From the NCBI RefSeq assembly GCF_006345805.1, contig NC_043005.1, forward strand, positions 41,726,001-41,790,000: 64,000 nt of DNA, given 5' to 3'. The DNA comes from Octopus sinensis (taxonomy: Eukaryota). This document shows, one piece after another, positions 56,143 to 64,000 of the stretch. Made by a program: the position numbers and the translations under genes. The notes under the pieces are model-generated. The model ran no database searches. It was not told the DNA's origin and saw nothing but the letters and a program-made list of their open reading frames with translations. The first letter of the stretch is position 1. Each line of letters opens with the position of its first letter.

Positions 56143-56143
56143 A

Positions 56144-56766
56144 TTAAATCTCTGAACGAGATGTAAACAGTAACTGCACGACAATGTAAGGTATACTAGC
56201 CATCTCAATATGGCCAACCACTAAGGGTGGGTGTTACTGTAGCTTGTAGCCCCAGGAGATCATCGTCTCCAGCTGGATTTGGGCACACTTTCTGTGCCCT
56301 TATGGTATTTGCAAAGGGAGGTCATCCCTCTCTCGTCAACCTAAGTGACCTCCCTTTGCAAATACCATAAGGGCACAGAAAGCGTGCCTAAAGCTTGCTG
56401 GAGACGATGATCTCCTGGGGCTACAAGCTACAGTAACACCCACCTTTAGTGGTTGGCCATATTGAGATGGCTAGTATACCTTACATTGTCGTGCAGTTAC
56501 TGTTTACATCTCGTTCAGAAATTTATTATTGCTTGCAGACAGTTTTTCGAAATCAGTGACGAAAAGTTACTGGAAAAACGATATATAAGGATTTGCAAAC
56601 GGACACCCTTCAGCGAAAACCGGTGATTGCCGTACGCTGAAGACAGGCAAATACCTAGAAACTGCAATCCGTGCGTATCACTTAGGTTGAAGAGAGAGGA
56701 ATGACCTCCCTTTGCAAATACCATAAGGGCACAGAATGTGTGCCTAAAGCCAGCTGGAGACGATGA
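56144..56766 (+). mobile_element. Retrozyme-like non-coding element: inverted partial copy plus 1.18 monomers of a 356-bp unit
   Basis: 56346-56410 is repeated at 56702-56766; 56151-56324 is the reverse complement of 56346-56519; 56325-56348 is the reverse complement of 56678-56701. Confidence 0.7.
56631..56675 (+). ncRNA. Type I HHR motif within the 356-bp unit
   Basis: CGTACG CTGAAGA C AGG-CAAATA-CCT A GAAA C TGCA A TC CGTGCG; 6-bp stem I; two stem mismatches (A56657, A56667). Confidence 0.7.
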
Positions 56767-56779
56767 AACAAATAAACTC

Positions 56780-58885
56780 AACAACGCTGCAACTAGATTA
56801 TGACAGAAAGGATTGGGAACTATTGAGAACAGAACATCGACAGATAGAAGACGAAATAAACAACTTTGGTGAAAAGGGAATATTTAAGAAGATACCAAAT
56901 CCATGAGCAGTGTAGTGTCAATACTGGTCAGAAGAAGAGGAGAATTGAAGAATGATCACAAATTTGAAAGTTTGAAGAAGTATGGTGTAAATAGAAAAGG
57001 TCTGAATGTTGTAATTGAAGAAATAAAGTAGCGTATACTTGCCAAAAAAAAAAACTAACAGGGTTTGAACGAAGGATTAAACAATACTGGAGAACCCAGT
57101 TGTTCAGAATCGACCGAAAGAAGATTTTATCAAAAATTTAATGATGATACAGAATGTGAAAGATCAGTTCCTGATGCTGATGAAAGTCGACAGTTTTGGG
57201 GTAAGATGTAGAGTAAGCAAGAACAACATAATAATACTGCAGCTGAATGGCTCTGCAACCTGAAGCAAACAACTTCTTATGCTCAGCATGAAGTTATCTT
57301 TTTCACAGAAGACAGTATTGGAAATATGAGTAAAAAGATAAGCAATTGGTATGTAGCAGGATCACGTGGTGCACAGCGATTCTGAATAGAAATGTTCGGT
57401 AGGTGCCATAAATTGTTCGCAGAGCAATTTAATGTAATGATCGATGAAGAAGAAGAAATCCCGGGTTGGTTGACAAAAGAAAGAACAGTGTTGTGTCTGA
57501 AGGAACCATCAACAGGAAATGCAACCGACAATTATAAGCTAACCCCTCGTCTCCCATTAATGTGAAAGCTATTGTCTGGAGGAATTGCAGAAAAAAACTA
57601 CAAATTTCATGACGAGAGCGATATGTTACTATTTGAACTAAAAGGTTGTAGGAGGAGATGCAGAGGTACCAAATACCAATTATTGATAAACGAAATGATA
57701 ATGCAAGATTGTAAACGAAGGAGAGCAAATTTGGGAATGTCCTGGGTTGACTATCGCAAAGCTTATGATATGATTCCACATACGTGGATCATCGAATGCT
57801 TAGATTTATTTTGAATGGCGAGGAATGTAACGTGTTTTCTGAAGATAAGTATGGTGGGGTGGAAAACTGAGTTGACATCCTACGGAAAAAGCTTGGGACA
57901 CTGGGCATCAGAAGAAGGATTTTCCAAGGCGATAGCTTATCTCCGATCTTTCTGTTTTCTGCATGTTCCCTCTGACCTTGGTATTTAGGAAAATGAACCT
58001 GGGATATCAGCTAAAGGGAACGCCTCAATCAACCATCTCCTATTCATGGATGATTTGAAGCTGTCTGGCAGGGATGAGGCACAAGTGAGTTCTTTAGTGA
58101 ACACGGTACACTGTTTTGGTATTGATGTTAGAATGGATTTCGGACACGAGAAATGTGATATAATGTACCTGAACAGAGGCAAGGTATAGTCCCTAGAAAG
58201 AATAGAATTACCTAATAGAGAACTAATTATACAAATTAAAAAGGAAGGCTACAGGTACTTTGGCATTCTATGGTTTAACGAAATTACAGAGAAGGAAATG
58301 AAGGAACAAGTGAGGATGGAATATTTTCGAAGACTAAATTTTGTGCTGCGCTCAAAATTGACCGGATGAAATAAGATCCAAACAGTTAGTACATGGGCGA
58401 TAACATCACTTCGGTATGGAGCTGGAATTATAAACTGGCAAAAAGGGAAATAACTGATGAACATGGGTACGAAGACTGTGCATGGCACCTTTCTCCATAA
58501 GAGTGACACCGACGGACTGTACTTGTCCAGAGGAAAGAGATGGTTGCCAGGATTGTATCGAAACAAAGCAAAACAGCTTAGGGTGGTATGTAAAAAATAC
58601 CGTGGAACCATTTCTCAAACATGTGAAGTCTGGCGTCCATAAAACTGATAATATTGTAAAGAAAGAAATACTTAAAGAGGAAAAGAACACGAGAGAAGAA
58701 ACAGTATGGAAAGAAGAAAACAATGTATGGTCAGTTTGCAAGAGATATGGACGCCAAGACTGATACAAAAGACCGGTGGTTATGAACGAGGAGGAGTGAC
58801 CTGATGATACAGACGGAAGCACTTATATGCGCAGCGCAATAAGAAACATTAGGAACTAACTATGTGAAGTGCAGAATCGATAATA
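56780..58885 (+). pseudogene. R4/Dong reverse transcriptase relic
   Basis: [38 protein letters not shown] (57917-46), HLLFMDDLKL (about 58040), YRYFGIL, TEALICAAQ. Confidence 0.9.
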
Positions 58886-58904
58886 CTACCGGGAGCGACT
58901 CCTG

Positions 58905-59130
58905 TGTGTTCAACTGGTACTTATTTTATTGACTCCGAAAGGATGAAAGGCGAAGTCGACCTCGGTGGAATTTGAACTCAGAGCGTGTTGACGGGCGCCA
59001 TCTCGTCCAGCGTGCTAATGGTTCTGCAAGGTTGCCGCCTTATGAATAAGTACCAGTTGAACACTGGGATTGATCTAATCGACTGGGCCCTTCCCCAAAA
59101 TTTCAGGCGTTGTGCCTATAGAAGAAAGGA
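58905..59130 (-). mobile_element. SINE family B copies
   Basis: Family motifs present. Confidence 0.75.
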
Positions 59131-59165
59131 TTCTTCTTCTTCTTCTTCTTCTCTTCTTCTTCTTC

Positions 59166-59248
<83 letters not shown>

Positions 59249-59251
59249 GAT

Positions 59252-59800
59252 AAGGTGGTGAGCTGGCAGAATCGTTAGCACGCCGGGCGAAATGCGTAGC
59301 CGTATTTCGTCTGCCGTTACGTTCTGAGTTCAAATTCCGCCGAGGTCGACTTTGCATTTCATCCTTTCCGGGTCGATAAATTAAGTACCAGTGAAATTCT
59401 GGAGTCGATATAATCGTTTGTCTGTCCTTGTTTGTCCTCTCTGTGTTTCGCCCCTTGTGGGTAGTAAAGAAATAGGCATTTCGTCTGCCGCTACGTTCTG
59501 AGTTTAAATTCCGCAGAGGTCGACTTTGCCTTTCATACTTTCGGGGTCGCTTAAATAAATACCAGTTACACACTGGAGTCGATATAATCGACTTAATCCG
59601 TGTGTCTGTCCTTGTTTGTCCTCTGTGTGTTTAACCCCTTGTGGGTAGTTATGAAACAGGTATTTCGTCTGCCGCTACGTTCTCAGTTCAAATTCCGCCA
59701 AAGTCGACTTCGCCTTTCATCCTTTCGAGGTCGATTAAATAAGTAACACTTACGTAGTAGGTTCGATTTAATCGACTTAATCCCCTCCTCCAAGCTGCCT
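59252..59800 (+). mobile_element. SINE family B head followed by three tandem body units
   Basis: ATTTCGTCTGCCG.TACGTTCT starts at 59304, 59478 and 59662. Confidence 0.85.
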
Positions 59801-59830
59801 TCGTGACAAAATCTTGAAATCATTATTATT

Positions 59831-59900
59831 GGCATATCACAATATCATTATTATTATTGGCATATCACAATATCATTATTATTATCGGCATATCACAATA
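59831..59900. repeat. 28-bp minisatellite, three copies
   Basis: GGCATATCACAATATCATTATTATTATT units. Confidence 0.85.
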
Positions 59901-60103
59901 TTTATAAGAAAAACTTTAGAAATAATTAGTGAAATATTCCACGTATGGGAAAGACATAGTGCTGCACTAGATTGTACAATCAAGTATGCAAAAGAAAAAT
60001 GAATTATTCCAATAATGAATGTATTATATACATACATATCTACATACATATACAGGAATTGCAGAAAATATTTGAAATGCCTTGTTAAAGTGAAGTTTCA
60101 TTA
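59885..60103. repeat. Direct duplicate of 61209-61420
   Basis: TTTATAAGAAAAACTTTAGAAATAATT..TACAGGAATTGCA..GTGAAGTTTCATTA is shared. Confidence 0.9.
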
Positions 60104-60124
60104 TAATTATTGTTGTTGTTGTTG

Positions 60125-60272
60125 TGTTCCCGTTCTGAGTTCAAATTCCACCCAGATCTGCTTTGCTTTTCATCCTTTTGTTGTTGGTATGATAAATGCC
60201 AGTTGAACATTGAGGTTGATATAATCGACTTACCCCTCTCCCGAATTTACTGGCCTTGTGCCATAATTTGAA
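60125..60272 (+). mobile_element. SINE family B fragment
   Basis: GTTCTGAGTTCAAATTCC..GCTTTTCATCC. Confidence 0.75.
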
Positions 60273-61369
60273 ATCCTTATTATTATTACTGCTGCTGTTG
60301 TTTTTCTTGTTAGCCATGAAGGCCAAAATGCTAGAAAGAAAACAACAAGGGAAAGGTGAAATAAATAGAAACTATCGTTAATAAGAAAATTTCAAAACGA
60401 AATAGGTCACCTAATGGAAATCTGTCAAAAAATCTTTGATTTAATTTTTCATCAGAAAAAAGTATTCGAACTGTTCTGGTCAATGTTGAAAATTCTTCTC
60501 ATACGATCGTCGTTTATATACTCTACGAATCTTCTATGTAATTGAAAGGATATTGTGTTGTTTATCGCTCTTGTGTTTGGCCTTGACCATTAAAAATATT
60601 TTGACGTGTCACTGAAACTTACTGGATTACAGGTCGACTGGTTTCCACAATAACAATAAAAATAACAGGTTGTTTCAAGACCACAATTACAACCATTATT
60701 GTACTTCTGTTGTTATTGTTGCGGAGTCCTTGTCACTAATCTACTACTATTTCAACCACCATCCGTGCTATTAATAGCACCAGCGACAGAATTTCCGGTG
60801 TGAAACTGGAATTATATATACATTATTCTGAATAATTACAGAAAATCACCTATTGATTTTGTTAACGCCTTTTGTCTCTCCGAAAACAATTTTCTTTTTT
60901 TTTTTTGTGAGAGAGATATAATTTTCTTTTAACTGTAGTCATATCCGGACCACAGCTGATATGGTACCTAATCTTTTAACTAATAATACACTGGTCAATG
61001 CTATAATTAATCATAATTATCCTATTACTCAGTAATACCTATGCAGACTATATTTGTTTCCGTATTTCTGTAAATACATATATAATGGATAAATAAATAC
61101 CATTGGGGGAACAAAGATGGCAGAAAAGAAGGAAACAAAGGCTCCATCGTAAAAGAAATTGGAAAGAATTACGCATACAGACAAAGATATAAGGAAGATA
61201 TCATTACTTGGCATTTCGCAATATTTATAAGAAAAACTTTAGAAATAATTAAAAAGTGAAATATTCCACATATGGGAAAGACATAGTACTGCACTAGATT
61301 GTTCAATCAAGTATGTAAAAGAAAAATGAATTATTCCAATAGTGAATGCATTACATACATACATATCTA

Positions 61370-62333
61370 CAGGAATTGCACAAAATAATTGAAATACCTT
61401 GTTAAAGTGAAGTTTCATTATTTAATGCGGAGTTAGTCGGTTTTTGGCACCAGTCACAACCTTAATAGGTTGAAAATTGATTCCTACAGGGTCCAAATAT
61501 TCGTTAGAGTAATTTTCTGTCATTTTAAAGTAAAACCTGCTTTAGAAGGAAGTGGTTCCTCATTTGCTGCTACAAAATGCCCAGTAAATATTTGATTATA
61601 TTGAGATCCGATGATGGGGCAATCCATGCGTCCTAATTCGCTGTTCCGCTCTTCGTCACCATTTTTAATAATATTAGCTATGTGAATCGGTGCATTATTG
61701 TCCTAGAAGATTGCACAAATATCAGGTACCAAAGTTTGTACGAGATAATGAGCATGATCAGCAATATGCGTCATCTCTACCATGTAGAACAACTAAAAGC
61801 CCAAGTAAATTAAATGATATTGTTGTCCAGAGACACCTCTATGTTCCACAGTACAGGCTGAAGTCAGAGTTGAAAGTCTTTGGGCTGTTTCCAGACATAA
61901 ACTCACTTTGAAGTGGAAAAATGATTCATCAGAGGTTACATTGTTCCGTTGAGCCATTGACCCCTTCGGATTGTCTACACACCATTCTTTCCGTTTATGA
62001 AGGACAGGAGGAATTTAGAAATTGCAAAACTTTCATGGTATCTATCTCTATGAAGTTCATGCGGAATAACTCTAGTGGACACAGGGTTGGCAAGTTGGTG
62101 GCTTAACTTTGCAGCCGTAGTCTAATTGGTTTTGAGATCAATATTCTGCAGTCCTTACTTGTGAGTTTTACCCTCAGTCCTGAATCATGCTTGCTAGAAC
62201 GGGTTTTACCTTCTTTTTGGAATGTCAGCATGATTTTAGAAACAGTAACTCTGAAAATTCAGCAGTTCTGGTGACTGAAACTCCAGCCATCCGCGCTCCA
62301 ACAATTTTTCCCCTGTAGAAATCAGATGGGTCA
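61370..62333 (-). mobile_element. Tc1-family transposon relic lacking its 5' terminus
   Basis: SDF.RG.IVGARMAG, SDES (about 61925-36), DNNAPIH, SDLNII; terminus CCTG-TA at 61368-73. Confidence 0.85.
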
Positions 62334-62578
62334 TGTGTGAGCCTAAAATTTTGTTCATTGTTTTATCTCCTGTGAGAGTGGGTAGATTTGGGATGATAAT
62401 GTTGAAGGCTTCATTGTTTCTCGGGTTATGTGTGGGGATGTATGGAAGTATTTTAAAGTCTGGTGTAGTATTTTGGTTAACTTCCCTAATGTTTGCATGT
62501 CTATTTCCTTTACTCGTTTAATCCCAGCATCTATTAGTGATGTTGGGTAATGTCTCTTGATTAGTATTGATCTGAGTT

Positions 62579-63330
62579 GAAGGAGTCATCGTTCACGAGT
62601 ATTGGTGTGAGAAACTATGATACAGATTATTTTCGCTAGATTATAAAGTAGATGAATTTTTATGTGCTTGGGGTGGCATGAGTTCAATAATAGGAATTGT
62701 TTTGGACCTGTGGGTTTATAGAAGACGTCCGTTTCGATTTAGTTATTGACTATTTTAATTAGGATGTCAAGAAAAGAGAGTTGTTTATTGCTGTGTTCCA
62801 TGGGGAATTGTATGTTGCTATTGATATTGTTTTGCATTATTTTGAAATCGAGGAGTTTGCCCATGCTGTCTTTCCAAAGTATAAAGCAATCATCTAAATA
62901 CTTCTCCCAGTTCTCCTTTAAATAACAACGAAATGAGGTGCCATATTCTTGTAGTGATGATTGGTATATTTTAAGTTCTAGATAGTCCATTACAAGGTTC
63001 GCAATTGCTGGGGCAGCTCGGGTTCCCATTGCAATTCCACATTATTGTCGATAGTAAATTGTATCGAACATGAAATAGTTGTTCAGTAGGATATTTTTCA
63101 GTGCTGCGATTATGAATCTGTGGTTGATGCGTCCTGGAATCTCTTCTGGTTATTTTTCTAGCCAGAAGGTGATTGCTGCTTCTATACCATAATAGTGTGG
63201 GATATTGGTGTACAAGTTCACCACATCGAATGATACTAACAGGATTCCGTCATTTATTGTCTTCGAGAGGTGGTTAAGTAGGTCTAAATCATCCCTGATG
63301 AAGCTTTTCACATATTCTAGAAATGATTTT
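62579..63330 (-). pseudogene. PLE reverse transcriptase
   Basis: SFDVVNLYTNIP, GIAMGTRAAP.IANLVM, KYLDDCF, FLDI motifs. Confidence 0.9.
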
Positions 63331-63517
63331 AACTCAGATCAATACTAATCAAGAGACATTACCCAACATCGTTAATAAATGATGGGATTAAACGAGCAAA
63401 GGAAATAGACATACGAACATTAATTAATTCCCATACATCTCTACACATAACTCGAGAAACAATGAAGCCTTCAACATTATCATCCAAAGTCTACCTACTC
63501 TCACAGGAGATAAAACA

Positions 63518-63880
63518 ATGAACAAAATTTTAGGCTCACACAAAATTATCAAGAGCAAAATGCTACCGAAATCATTGAAAAAAATATTAAGCAAGGCAAG
63601 ACTATATCCATTAACAACGGGACTAAAAGCGAAAAAATGCGGTCGGCCTAACTGTGACATACGCCCCCACCTTTTGGAGGGTACAGAGTTCCACTTTAAA
63701 CAAGGAGAAATATTTAAGATTAAATCAAATTTCACCTGTGCCTCGGAAAACCTAATCTATGCTATTACCAGCTTAGGGTGCGGTAATCAACATATTGGCG
63801 AAACGGGAATATCACTTCGTCGAAGAACCACTCTTCACAAAGAACAAATCGGCCACAGATACAGGTCAGTGAATACATAG
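63518..63880 (+). pseudogene. PLE linker plus GIY-YIG endonuclease, degenerate
   Basis: KCGRPNCDI..FTCASENLIYAIT..GC..HIGETG..R...H. Confidence 0.85.
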
Positions 63881-64000
63881 AAAGGTGTGCTAGGAGCCTT
63901 AATCCTAACTTCCTAATTTCCCCTTCCATCAATGTTCACAGAACACCTCACTACAGCAAAGAATGAATAAAGAGGCAACTTTCCTCAATTAATTTCATCA

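Larger units (their letters stand above)
62334..64000. mobile_element. Penelope-like element 2 (Neptune-like), head-to-head inverted structure
   Basis: Minus-strand RT in the spacer; 62334-62578 is mirrored from 63331; the plus arm continues into the Cys-rich linker and GIY-YIG. Confidence 0.88.

Noticed and set aside
61926-61932. CTGATGA on the minus strand as an HHR core
   Set aside because: It encodes the Tc1 SDES catalytic motif; no helix II or GAAA follows.

Overview
AT-rich, repeat-dominated animal genomic DNA. The SINE families and dense (TA)n/(TAA)n/(CTAT)n microsatellites look octopus-like; that is inferred from recall, not a database search. No complete protein-coding gene is present, and most ORF-track entries are microsatellite read-throughs. 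A few short plus-strand segments with good splice signals join in frame, so the window probably lies in the introns of one large unidentified gene. The remainder is mobile-element debris: two Penelope-like elements (PLEs) with head-to-head inverted arms, many R4/Dong-type LINE pieces at (TAA)n tracts, CR1/L2 and Tx1/L1 fragments, maT/mariner/Tc1 relics, a non-autonomous Helitron and several tRNA-derived SINE families. The unexplained signal is a set of type I hammerhead ribozyme (HHR) motifs, seven recognisable and two decayed, in unrelated sequence contexts. They include canonical HHRs at both ends of a 4.7-kb PLE palindrome and an HHR inside a tRNA-headed SINE. The strongest candidate for something new is a non-coding 356-bp HHR unit at 56144-56766, present as 1.18 tandem monomers plus an inverted partial copy, which looks like a PLE-mobilised retrozyme or circular-RNA replicon. 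Repeat boundaries are approximate unless the evidence gives exact positions.
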